A DNA stretch of 15,981 bases, taken from NCBI GenBank assembly GCA_003133025.1, contig PKZK01000101.1:15785-31765 (forward strand). Reading direction: 5' to 3'. The notes below the pieces were generated by a model. The model was not told where the DNA came from, searched no databases, and worked only from the letters and a program-made list of their open reading frames with translations. Positions within the stretch are counted from its first letter, which is position 1. Every line of letters starts with the position of its first letter. Of the stretch, positions 1 through 8,059 are shown piece by piece. This DNA comes from Vulcanimicrobiota bacterium. Its GTDB lineage: Bacteria; Vulcanimicrobiota; Vulcanimicrobiia; Vulcanimicrobiales; Vulcanimicrobiaceae. Position numbers and translations under genes: made by a program.

Positions 1-1334
1 ATCGCGAGCGCGACGACCACGGCGCGATGTTCGAGCGACCACACGAGCGCGACCCTGTACCACGGGTAGCGGTCCGTTACCGATTCGCGCTTGACCCTAT
101 CCGCCGGCCGCCGCCGCAGCCAGAAGGCGGCCATCGTTGGGGAGAGCGTGCGCGCCGCCAGGAGCGAGAAGAGCACGGCCGCGGATGCGGTCAAGCCGAA
201 GGGCTTGAAGAATCGGCCGAGGGTCCCGCCCATCAAGCCGATCGGCAAGAAGACCGCGACGATCGTCAGCGTCGATGCGACCAGCGTTCGTCCGATCTCC
301 TTGTTCGCGCGCAGTGCGGCTTGGCGCGGCGTCTCGCCCTCTTCGAGATGGCGCACGATGTTTTCGACGGCGACGATCGCGTCGTCGACGATGACCCCGA
401 CCACGAGCGCGAGGGCCAAGAGCGTGATCGTCTCGAGGTTGAAATGGAGCAGCCTCATCACGAGCGCCGTGCCCAGCAGCGACGTCGGGATCGCGAGCGC
501 GGAAATCGTGGTCGCCCGCCAATCGCCCAAGAACGGCCAAATCACCAGGATCGCGAGTAACACGGCGAGGCCCAGAGCCTCCTGCGTCGCGCGCGCCGCC
601 TCGCGAATGAACGTTGCCTGCGTCGAGGCGCGCACGATCGTCGCGGGCGAGAGTCCGGGTACGAGCGCGGCTACGGCATCGTCGCAGGCCTCGGCGACGT
701 CGAGGGCGTTGGCGTTGCCGGACTTCACCACCGCGATCGCAACGGCGGGATGCCCGTCGTAGCGGTATGCGGAAGCGTCGGCGCCGTCCTCGGAGCCGCC
801 GATGATCTCGGCCTTCAACACGCCGGGTATGGCGCGTAAGGGGGGCGCGATCTTAGCCCGGGCCAGCGCCGCCAATTCGGCCATGGTCTTACCCGGCTCG
901 CTGAGCGCGTACGTGACGACGTAGGTTTCGTTGAGGTTGACCGGCGTGACGCTCAGCGTCGTGTGCGGCGGAAGTTTGACCCGGCCGATCGCCGCCGAAA
1001 CCGCACTGCGCGACGCGTCGAGGTCGTTGCCCACATCGAAGCTCAGATCGATGGCGACGAATTCCGGATAACTCAGCGAGTGCACGCGATTGAGGCCCGG
1101 GAGCGGCGCCAGGGCTCGCTCTAGGGGCGTCGTGACCAGTCGTTCGTTCGCGGCCGGATCGACTTCGGTCGTGTGTGCGGTGACCACCACGACCGGAAAG
1201 GTGATGTCGGGGAAGAGCGCCAGCTTGAGGGATAGGAAGCCCCACAGCCCCGCCGCGGAGAGAGCGAACCACAGCCCGAACGTCGCCCAGGGGTAGTCGA
1301 CCGCGAGCAGTGAGATGCTGAAGAAGCGCTTTAT
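1..1334 (-). CDS. RND efflux transporter permease (AcrB/HAE1-like), N-terminal ~444 aa; continues beyond left edge
   Basis: Absent from the ORF track; translated by hand on the minus strand: (I/M)KRFFSISLLAVDYPWATFGLW...LALFPDITFPVVVV...VTTPLERAL...LAIPTSLLGT...NLETITLLALALVVGVIVDDAIVAVENIVRHLEEG...STLTIVAVFLPIGLMGGTLGRFFKPFGLT...TLSPTMAA. TM4 VDDAIV proton-relay motif is intact. No in-frame ATG/GTG/TTG was found before TM1; the best start is ATA at 1334-1332, overlapping the upstream stop. Confidence 0.92.
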   Translation of the reverse strand, partial: MKRFFSISLLAVDYPWATFGLWFALSAAGLWGFLSLKLALFPDITFPVVVVTAHTTEVDPAANERLVTTPLERALAPLPGLNRVHSLSYPEFVAIDLSFDVGNDLDASRSAVSAAIGRVKLPPHTTLSVTPVNLNETYVVTYALSEPGKTMAELAALARAKIAPPLRAIPGVLKAEIIGGSEDGADASAYRYDGHPAVAIAVVKSGNANALDVAEACDDAVAALVPGLSPATIVRASTQATFIREAARATQEALGLAVLLAILVIWPFLGDWRATTISALAIPTSLLGTALVMRLLHFNLETITLLALALVVGVIVDDAIVAVENIVRHLEEGETPRQAALRANKEIGRTLVASTLTIVAVFLPIGLMGGTLGRFFKPFGLTASAAVLFSLLAARTLSPTMAAFWLRRRPADRVKRESVTDRYPWYRVALVWSLEHRAVVVALA

Positions 1335-2401
1335 TGCTTGACCAATCCGAGCTTGAAGCGATTCTGCGACGTTTTGCTCACGAGCCAGCGCGTGGTGGTG
1401 TTGCTGATGGTCGAGACGGAGCCCGCGAGGATCAGCGAGCGCACCTCCGAGCGGCTGATCTTGACCACGCCGCCGGACTGCAACATCGAACTGCTACGCT
1501 CGATCTCGCGCAGGGTCGCCACCGCGAACAGGATCGGCAGCAGGCAGAAGAGGCGGATGCGAATCGCCGTTTTGGGTATGGCGTTGAAGTAGTCGAGGGA
1601 CTTACGAATGTCTTCTTTGGCCAACTCGACCAGCGCCACGAGCGCCTCGCGATTTTGTACCACCCAATCCCCGTTGAGGATCGTCTGATGGCTCGACCCC
1701 CGCGCGCGCAACAGGTCCTCGGGCACGAACGCGGCGTTCTCGTGCTCGATGTCCCAGGCGATGTCTTTGAGGATGTTGATCGTCTGGAGACCCTCGCCGA
1801 ACGCTTCGCAATCGACCAGCATGCGTTCGTAGTCGGCCTTGCGCACGGTCGGCGAACTGTTGTACCACAATTCGGTCAGCAGATGCCCGACGGTTCCGGC
1901 GACGTAGTAGCAATAGCGACGGTACTCGTCCATCGTCTGGATGCGGATGCCGTCGGGATAGCGTCCCACGAACTGGCTCATGCCCAAGGACATCTCCTTG
2001 GTCCAGCGGGTGACGATTTCGATGACGGGCGGCGGGAGCGACTCGAGCAAATCGAACACGAGCTTCGTGCCGCGCATCAACTCCAGGTAGGCTTCGTCGG
2101 CCTGAATGTCCGCCGCCTCGGCCGCGAAGGTCGTAGCCTTGCGCGGGTCGTTGAGACAGTCCACGAACTTCGCCAGGAGCTCTTGCCGGCGAGCAGCCGG
2201 GCAAGCGCCGTCATCTTCGATGGTGTCGGCGATGCGGCAGAGGAGGTAGCCCGTCAGCACCGCCTTGCCCAGGTCTCCGGGCAAGACGGATATGCCGATG
2301 GCGAACGTGCGCGAAACGCGGCTGATGATGCCGCGAGCGAATGCATGCGCCGCACGCTCGTTTTCGGGCGCCCTCACCCCGTCAGGTCCGCTCGATCCCA
2401 T
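1331..2401 (-). CDS. Squalene synthase (farnesyl-diphosphate farnesyltransferase; squalene/phytoene synthase family)
   Basis: Motifs VSRTF, YLLCRIADTIEDD, YCYYVAGTVG, FGEGLQTINILKDIAWD, plus C-terminal FCLLPILFAVATL and VKISR resembling the FCAIP/VKIRK segments of one-step squalene synthases. Start trimmed from the 444-aa ORF to ATG 2401 (GTG 2377 is an alternative). Confidence 0.85.
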   Translation of the reverse strand: MGSSGPDGVRAPENERAAHAFARGIISRVSRTFAIGISVLPGDLGKAVLTGYLLCRIADTIEDDGACPAARRQELLAKFVDCLNDPRKATTFAAEAADIQADEAYLELMRGTKLVFDLLESLPPPVIEIVTRWTKEMSLGMSQFVGRYPDGIRIQTMDEYRRYCYYVAGTVGHLLTELWYNSSPTVRKADYERMLVDCEAFGEGLQTINILKDIAWDIEHENAAFVPEDLLRARGSSHQTILNGDWVVQNREALVALVELAKEDIRKSLDYFNAIPKTAIRIRLFCLLPILFAVATLREIERSSSMLQSGGVVKISRSEVRSLILAGSVSTISNTTTRWLVSKTSQNRFKLGLVKQ

Positions 2402-2439
2402 CCTTCGATCCCGTCCGATCCTCTCTGCCGCAGACGCGG

Positions 2440-2574
2440 CCCGGCTTATAAGTATGACGGCGGGTGGTGCGAACCCCCGCAGCCGGGGTCCATTCGCAGG
2501 ACTGCATGCTCCCCACGGCACACACCCGCAGCCATGCCGATGGGCTCGAGTCACCTTCGACGGGGTCAACATTG
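2440..2574. promoter_or_regulatory. Divergent promoter / 5' leader region between squalene synthase and hpnP
   Basis: AT-rich patch CTTATAAGTATGAC (2445-2458, CTTATAAG palindromic, -10-like on both strands) within a GC-rich spacer, followed by potential hairpins at 2460-2498. Confidence 0.4.
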
Positions 2575-4200
2575 ATGCGGGGCACGGCCGGTGTCCGGCG
2601 CAGGATCCTGTGCGTTTTCCCGCGCTACGCTCCGTCGTTCGGCACCTTCGAGAAGATCTACCCATTCGTCGGGGTCCGCGCCTTCATGCCGCCCCAGGGC
2701 ATCCTCGTGGTCGCGGCTTACTTGCCCGCCACGTGGGACGTCCGGTTCGTCGACGAAAACCTGCGCCGGGCCTCGGCCGCCGACTTCGAGTGGGCCGAGG
2801 CGGTCTTCGTCAGCGGCATGCACATCCAGCGGGACCAAATAAACGACATCAACCGGCGCGCGCACGCGCACGGCAAGGTCACGATCTTGGGCGGTCCCTC
2901 GGTCTCGGGCTGCCCGGAATACTACCCCGCCTTCGATTACCTGCACGTGGGCGAGTTGGGCGATGCGACCGACGAGCTGATCCGCCGCCTCGAAACCTCG
3001 ACCGCACGACCGCCGCAGCAGATTCGTCTGGAGACGAAGGACCGGTTGCCGCTGGGCGACTTTCCGGTGCCGGCGTACGAGAAGACCGACCTTTCGAAGT
3101 ACTTCCTGGGCAGCGTGCAGTTTTCGAGCGGTTGTCCGTACCGGTGCGAGTTCTGCGACATCCCCGAACTCTACGGGCAAAACCCGCGACTCAAGACGCC
3201 GCAGCAGATCGTCGCCGAGCTCGACGCGATCCTGGCCGCGGGCGGCGAGCGCGCGATTTACTTCGTCGACGACAACTTCGTGGGCAACCGGAAAGCCGCC
3301 AAGGAGCTGTTGCCCCACCTCATCGAGTGGCAGAAGAAGAACGGGTACGCCGTTCAGTTCGCCTGCGAAGCGACGCTGAACATCGCGAAATCGCCCGACC
3401 TGCTCGCCATGATGCGCGAGGCCTACTTCGCAACGGTTTTCTGCGGCATCGAGACGCCCGATCCGGCCGCCCTGCACGCGATTTCCAAAGACCACAACAA
3501 CACGATGCCGATCCTCGAATCGATCCGCATCATCAATAGCTTCGGGTTGGAAGTCGTCTCGGGCATCATCATGGGTCTCGACAGCGACACGCCCGACACG
3601 GGCTCCAAGATTTTGACCTTCATCGAGGCCTCGCACATCCCGCTGCTCACGATCAACTTGCTGCAGGCGCTCCCGCGCACGCCGCTGCACCGGCGCCTGA
3701 CGGCGGCCGGGCGCATCGTCGACGAGCCCGGCCGCGAGTCCAACGTCGAGTTCCTGATGCCCTACGACCGCGTCATCGACATGTGGCGCACGACGTTCCT
3801 CGCGGCCTACCGGCCCGAGGCCATGTACGAGCGCTTCCGGTATCAGGCCGACCACGTGTTTCCCAACCGGATCACGCCGCCGAACAGCCCGCAGCGCGTC
3901 AACGCGCGCAACATCCTGTCGGCCTTGCGCATCGTGGCCAACATCATCGTGCGCGTCGGCATCTTCAGCGATTACCGCAAGACGTTTTGGAAGATGGCCA
4001 AGACGCGGCTGGCCAAGGGCGAGATCGAGCCCCTGATCCATATGGCGCTGGTCAGCCACCACCTGATCAGCTTCGCGCGCGAGGCGGGCACGGGGCAGCG
4101 CAACGCATCGTTCTACAGCACGAACCTGCCGGAGGGGGCCGCGGGCGCGCAGCCTGCATTGCCTGCCCCGCCGGAGCTCGCAGAGGCAAAGTCGGCCTAG
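2575..4200 (+). CDS. hpnP: Hopanoid C-2 methylase, B12-binding radical SAM protein
   Basis: N-terminal RRILCVFPRY..SFGTF...AFMPPQG, FVSGMHIQR, GGPSVSGCPEYYP.FDYLHVGELGDATD, radical SAM CPYRCEFC, FVDDNF.GNRKAA, ACEATLNIAK, IPLLTINLLQALP and C-terminal HHLI.FAREA..G..NAS.YS all match HpnP as I recall it. Start at ATG 2575 (or TTG 2572) after GGGG. Confidence 0.92.
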   Translation: MRGTAGVRRRILCVFPRYAPSFGTFEKIYPFVGVRAFMPPQGILVVAAYLPATWDVRFVDENLRRASAADFEWAEAVFVSGMHIQRDQINDINRRAHAHGKVTILGGPSVSGCPEYYPAFDYLHVGELGDATDELIRRLETSTARPPQQIRLETKDRLPLGDFPVPAYEKTDLSKYFLGSVQFSSGCPYRCEFCDIPELYGQNPRLKTPQQIVAELDAILAAGGERAIYFVDDNFVGNRKAAKELLPHLIEWQKKNGYAVQFACEATLNIAKSPDLLAMMREAYFATVFCGIETPDPAALHAISKDHNNTMPILESIRIINSFGLEVVSGIIMGLDSDTPDTGSKILTFIEASHIPLLTINLLQALPRTPLHRRLTAAGRIVDEPGRESNVEFLMPYDRVIDMWRTTFLAAYRPEAMYERFRYQADHVFPNRITPPNSPQRVNARNILSALRIVANIIVRVGIFSDYRKTFWKMAKTRLAKGEIEPLIHMALVSHHLISFAREAGTGQRNASFYSTNLPEGAAGAQPALPAPPELAEAKSA

Positions 4201-4255
4201 GAAACCAGGAGCCGCGCCGGGCGCCCTGATAAGGTATCCGGCGGAGGTTGCGCTC

Positions 4256-5182
4256 GTGTTCGTCGCTTGGTTTTTGTCGGTTGCGTTCCTCACCGGTACC
4301 TGGGACGTACCGCGCGCCGCGACGCCCTCGAGCGCGCAGGTCGAGCCACTCAACGCCGGGCTGCCCTTTGGGATGCACGGCAGCGGGCCGGCCTTGGCCG
4401 CGCTCGACGCGGTGCCTGCCGGGACGACGGCTCCGTCGTCGAGCAATCAGTTCAAGCTGACCTATCACGGCGGCCCGATCGAGACGAGCAGTACCTCGTA
4501 TGCCATCTATTGGCTGCCCGCCGGAGCGGTCATGGACCCGAGCTATCAGCCGTTGATCGATCGCTACCTGACCGATTCGGCCGGAAGCGCGCTCTACGCC
4601 ATGCTGACGCAATACACCGGGAGCAACGGACAGGTCGGCGCGAATTCGACCTTTGGCGGATCGGTCGTGGACGCCGATGCGATTCCGCAACCCTTGACTC
4701 GCGCCGACGTGCGGCGTGAGCTGTCGAAGGTGCTCGGCCAATTCAAGCTGACGCCGAGTGTAAACGACGAAGTGTTTCTGATCCTGCCCAAAGGTGCGCT
4801 GCCCGCAAACGGCTATTGCGCTTATCACGGAGGTTTCTCATACAAGGGCGGCACGATAGCAATCGCGCTCATTCCCTATGCCGATGCGGCCGGTTGCGGC
4901 GAAGAATACAATTTTCAAACACCCAATCGGGATCTCGTGGCCGATGGCGGCGTCGCGGAGGTCTCGACCGCGCAAGTCGGCATGATCACCGACCCGTTGC
5001 TCAACGCCTGGTTCGACGATAAGAATGGCGAGGCCGGCGATCTCTGCTTCGAGAATTTCGGGACGGGCATCAATAGCAAGGGCGCCGACCTCGTGATCCC
5101 GGTGAAAAACAATCGGGTCGACTCCTACGAAGTCCCCGAAGCCTATTCCGTCGCGGCCCTGGGCTGCGCACCGTCATTGTGA
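4256..5182 (+). CDS. Secreted Phi-1/EXORDIUM-like protein (paralogue 1, HExxE motif degenerate)
   Basis: GGAGG 8 nt before GTG; hydrophobic N-terminus; LTYHGGPI, YAIYW, YCAYHG, PYA...GC, TPN.D..ADG, ITDP..NAW, GE.GDLC typical of bacterial Phi-1-like proteins. Confidence 0.7.
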   Translation: MFVAWFLSVAFLTGTWDVPRAATPSSAQVEPLNAGLPFGMHGSGPALAALDAVPAGTTAPSSSNQFKLTYHGGPIETSSTSYAIYWLPAGAVMDPSYQPLIDRYLTDSAGSALYAMLTQYTGSNGQVGANSTFGGSVVDADAIPQPLTRADVRRELSKVLGQFKLTPSVNDEVFLILPKGALPANGYCAYHGGFSYKGGTIAIALIPYADAAGCGEEYNFQTPNRDLVADGGVAEVSTAQVGMITDPLLNAWFDDKNGEAGDLCFENFGTGINSKGADLVIPVKNNRVDSYEVPEAYSVAALGCAPSL

Positions 5183-5194
5183 GGCCGTAAGCGA

Positions 5195-6103
5195 ATGCTG
5201 ACCGTTCTTGCCGCGGTGGCGGCGCTCCAACTCCCGGCGAATCCCGCGCAAGCCGCGGCAGCGCAGGCGATCGGCGCGACCGCGCCGATCCACTTCGACT
5301 TCGGCCGTCGCCCTTCGAACCTCGGGCCGGACGGCGCCGGCAAAGGCGGACAACCGCCTATTACCGTGGCCTTCCATGGAGGTCCGGTCCAGGTCACGAC
5401 CACGCCGTATCTGATCTGGTGGTTGCCGCCGGGACAGACCTTGCCCTCGAATTATCAGCAAGTCGTGGGCAATTACTTCAATGATATCGGCGGCAGCGCG
5501 CTCTACAACGTGCTGACGGCGTACTCCGGCTCCAACGGTCAGATCGCCAACAGCGTGACGCCTGGCGGCGCCTGGACGGACACTACCGCCTACCCGAAGC
5601 TGATCGGTTATCGTGACGTCGTTCAAAGCGTCAAGCGCGCGATCGCCGCCAACCCGAGCTGGAAGCTCGGCACCAGCTCGCAATTGTACGTCTTCACATC
5701 GCAATCGGCGCCGGTGTCGCTGACCCAGTTCTGCGCCTATCACACCTACTTCACGCATAAGTCGATGGATGTCGTCTACGCCTACATTCCCGACCCGGTC
5801 AACGTCGACGGGTGTCAGACGCCGTTCAACGTCTCTCCCAACAAAGACCTCGACGTCGATTCGGCGACGACGTCGATCAATCACGAGCAAGCGGAGATGG
5901 CTTCCGACCCGCTGATCAGTTCCTGGTACTCGGACTCCGACAATCCGAACTTGAAGGGCGCGGAGATCGCCGACGTCTGCGTCTACGACTTCGGCATCCC
6001 CTTCAAAGCCGACGGCGCGAACATGGTCTTCGCCAACGGCGACGAGTACGTCGTCCAGGCCCTGTTCGACAATTCGACGGGGCTCTGCGAACCGACGCTC
6101 TGA
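5195..6103 (+). CDS. Secreted Phi-1/EXORDIUM-like protein (paralogue 2, HExxE intact)
   Basis: Signal-peptide-like N-terminus; AFHGGPV, YLIWW, FCAYH, SPN.D..VD, HEQAEMASDP, SW, GAEIADVC; collinear with the upstream gene. Confidence 0.72.
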   Translation: MLTVLAAVAALQLPANPAQAAAAQAIGATAPIHFDFGRRPSNLGPDGAGKGGQPPITVAFHGGPVQVTTTPYLIWWLPPGQTLPSNYQQVVGNYFNDIGGSALYNVLTAYSGSNGQIANSVTPGGAWTDTTAYPKLIGYRDVVQSVKRAIAANPSWKLGTSSQLYVFTSQSAPVSLTQFCAYHTYFTHKSMDVVYAYIPDPVNVDGCQTPFNVSPNKDLDVDSATTSINHEQAEMASDPLISSWYSDSDNPNLKGAEIADVCVYDFGIPFKADGANMVFANGDEYVVQALFDNSTGLCEPTL

Positions 6104-6143
6104 CACGCCTCAGCGCCGAGCGTCGAAGCGTCCGGATACGGCG

Positions 6144-6776
6144 TTACGCTCTCCGCTCGAGCCAATCCCGGATGTCGTCGATCTCGGACCGCACGATGGT
6201 GTGACCCGCGCGATATTCATGCAGGGTCAAGTCCGCGCCGCTCTTCTCGCGCAAATATGCCATCGTCCGTGCGGCGAGTTCGGGCGGAATGACTTCGTCG
6301 AGCGAACCGTAGCCGTAGAAGACCGGAACGCCCGCGAGCCGGTCCGGCGCGACCGCGATCGGCGTGTCGAAGGCCAGCGCACCGCTGAGTAAGACGGCGC
6401 CGCCGAATCGCTGCGGATCGTCGAGCAAGAGCGCGCCCGCCATCATCATGCCGGCGCTGAAACCCAGGAGATACGTGCGCGTGGGAGCGTAGGCGCCGGC
6501 ATCGGGCCCGTCGAGCCAGGTACGAAAATCATCGACCGAGGCACGCACGCTCGCCCCGATCGGACGCGCGGGTCCGCGATTTTCGAACCAGGTGTAGCCG
6601 CCGCCATCGACCGCGACGGGCGCGCGGACGCTCGCGTAGGCCACGTGCGCGGGCAGGAGCGGAGCCAGATCGATAAGATCGTGCTCGTCGGCGCCGCGTC
6701 CGTGCAACAGCACGACGAGCGGTGTCGTCGGGCCGCGCTTTGCGGGGCGACGCCAGACGACGGTGGGAGTCGGCAT
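6144..6776 (-). CDS. Phospholipase/carboxylesterase (alpha/beta hydrolase)
   Basis: LLHGRG, GFSAG nucleophile elbow, D in SLDEVIP, H in AGHTI; ATG 6776 lies 7 nt after the recombinase stop. Confidence 0.85.
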   Translation of the reverse strand: MPTPTVVWRRPAKRGPTTPLVVLLHGRGADEHDLIDLAPLLPAHVAYASVRAPVAVDGGGYTWFENRGPARPIGASVRASVDDFRTWLDGPDAGAYAPTRTYLLGFSAGMMMAGALLLDDPQRFGGAVLLSGALAFDTPIAVAPDRLAGVPVFYGYGSLDEVIPPELAARTMAYLREKSGADLTLHEYRAGHTIVRSEIDDIRDWLERRA

Positions 6777-6783
6777 CCAGGCG

Positions 6784-7713
6784 TCAGCGCTCGGGTTCGC
6801 CGTCGCGCGGGTGCGACTCGTCGTACGTTCGGCGCATATGCTCGAGTGAAACGTTGGTGTAGATCTGCGTCGTGGCGAGGCTCGCGTGTCCGAGCAGCTC
6901 TTTGATCGTGACCAGGTCGGCTCCATTTTGGAGGAGATGCGTTGCGAAAGAATGGCGCAGCGTGTGCGGAGTGGCGTGCTGCTGCACGCCGCTGAGGTCC
7001 GCGTAGAGGCGGAAGATCTTGCCGGCCTGATTGTGGCTGAGGCGCGTCCCGCGTTCGGTCAAGAAGAAGGCCCCATCGGCCGAGCGCGGACGAACGGCAA
7101 GATACGCGCGCATCGCATCGGCGGCGGCGTGATTGAACAGGACGAGCCGCTCCTTGTTGCCCTTGCCCAACACGCGCATCGTGCGCCGCTCGAGATCGAC
7201 GTCCCAGGTGTCGAGTCCGACGAGTTCGGCCCGCCGCACGCCGGAGGCGTAGAGCAATTCCAGCATGGCCACGTCGCGCAAACGCAAGATGTCGCTGCGG
7301 CCGGCGATCCGCGTGCGCAACAGCTTGGCTACGTCGGTCTGCTTGAGCACGTGCGGCAACGCCTTGTCCGGCTTTGGCGGCTTGACTTCGGCCGCGGGGT
7401 TGTCGGTACGCCGGCCTTCCTGCTTCTCGAACGCGAAGAACTTGCGCAGCGCGAACAGTTTGCGCCGCACGCTGACCGCCTTGAAACCGCGCCGGTCGCG
7501 CATCTCCAGGACGTAACGCCGAATGTCGGCCGGCCCAACGCCGGCAAGCGTCTGCGCGGCTTGCGCCGCCGCCGCGTCGGGCTTCAGAAACTTGGCGAAG
7601 GCCTCCACATCGCGCGCGTACTCCGTCGCCGTACGACGCGAATAGTTCGCTTCAGCGGTCAGCCGGACCGCGAAATCGGCCAAGGTCGGGTCGCTCGGAA
7701 CGAAGCCGGCCAT
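6784..7713 (-). CDS. Tyrosine recombinase, XerC/XerD family
   Basis: N-terminal SAM-like domain (YSRRTATEYARD), RDVAMLELLYASGVRRAEL, GKGNKER, TPHTLRHSFATHLL.NGADL..IKELLGH.SL.TTQIYT, ending HPR; full R-K-H-R-H-Y catalytic set; no IntI-specific insertion. Confidence 0.92.
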   Translation of the reverse strand: MAGFVPSDPTLADFAVRLTAEANYSRRTATEYARDVEAFAKFLKPDAAAAQAAQTLAGVGPADIRRYVLEMRDRRGFKAVSVRRKLFALRKFFAFEKQEGRRTDNPAAEVKPPKPDKALPHVLKQTDVAKLLRTRIAGRSDILRLRDVAMLELLYASGVRRAELVGLDTWDVDLERRTMRVLGKGNKERLVLFNHAAADAMRAYLAVRPRSADGAFFLTERGTRLSHNQAGKIFRLYADLSGVQQHATPHTLRHSFATHLLQNGADLVTIKELLGHASLATTQIYTNVSLEHMRRTYDESHPRDGEPER

Positions 7714-7717
7714 CAGT

Positions 7718-7755
7718 AGCTCACAAACCCCTCAACTGCCAACAGTTTGTGTGCT
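7718..7755. repeat. Inverted repeat directly upstream of the recombinase start
   Basis: AGCTCACAAAC (7718-7728) and GTTTGTGTGCT (7745-7755) pair at 10/11 positions with a 16-nt spacer. Confidence 0.6.
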
Positions 7756-7787
7756 TTCAGAGCAAGGCAGCGCGCGCCCTCCCGAGG

Positions 7788-8059
7788 TCAGGCTTTCGTC
7801 AACTCTTCCGGCAATCCGAATCGCGCCACGGCGATGACGTGGTCCGCAGCCCCATAATAAACGTCGAGCGAATTCTCGGAACGCAGGTCGGCGGCCGAAG
7901 GGAACACGACGTTGGATACAGGTCCATCTCGCTCGTAGTCAGTCTCCGGCTGCAGGACCGGTTCCGGCGAGCGGTAGAGGACGCGCGAGGGTCGCTCGAG
8001 GTCGAGCAACGCGACTCGCATGCAATACTTGCGCTGTTCGTTCACACCCGAACGCCGTG
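7788..8059 (-). pseudogene. Glycoside hydrolase family 130 (mannoside phosphorylase-like) C-terminal remnant
   Basis: KYCMRVALLDLERPSRVLYRSPEPVLQPETDYERDGPVSNVVFPSA...LDVYYGAAD..IAVA is the last part of a GH130 propeller; the conserved HGV just upstream (8059-8051) is in a shifted frame; the N-terminal ~200+ aa are missing. Confidence 0.75.

Noticed and set aside
27..762. Plus-strand ORFs 27..560 and 91..762
   Set aside because: Antisense shadows of the minus-strand RND gene; no recognisable motifs.
1..1334. Calling the RND gene hpnN
   Set aside because: Motifs are AcrB/HAE1-like (FPDI.FP, VDDAIV.VENI), not MMPL/HpnN-like.
2460..2570. Cobalamin riboswitch upstream of hpnP
   Set aside because: GGTGCGAA and CCCCCGCA are reminiscent, but the GGGAA elements and the 3' B12 box are absent and the region is short.
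1334..4446. Long ORFs 1334..2575 (+), 2265..3539 (+) and 2566..4446 (-)
   Set aside because: Alternative-frame or antisense shadows of squalene synthase and hpnP, typical of high-GC DNA.
6784..7760. Integron (intI + attI with cassettes)
   Set aside because: The recombinase lacks the IntI-specific insertion and no attC-type RYYYAAC...GTTRRRY hairpins were found after downstream genes.
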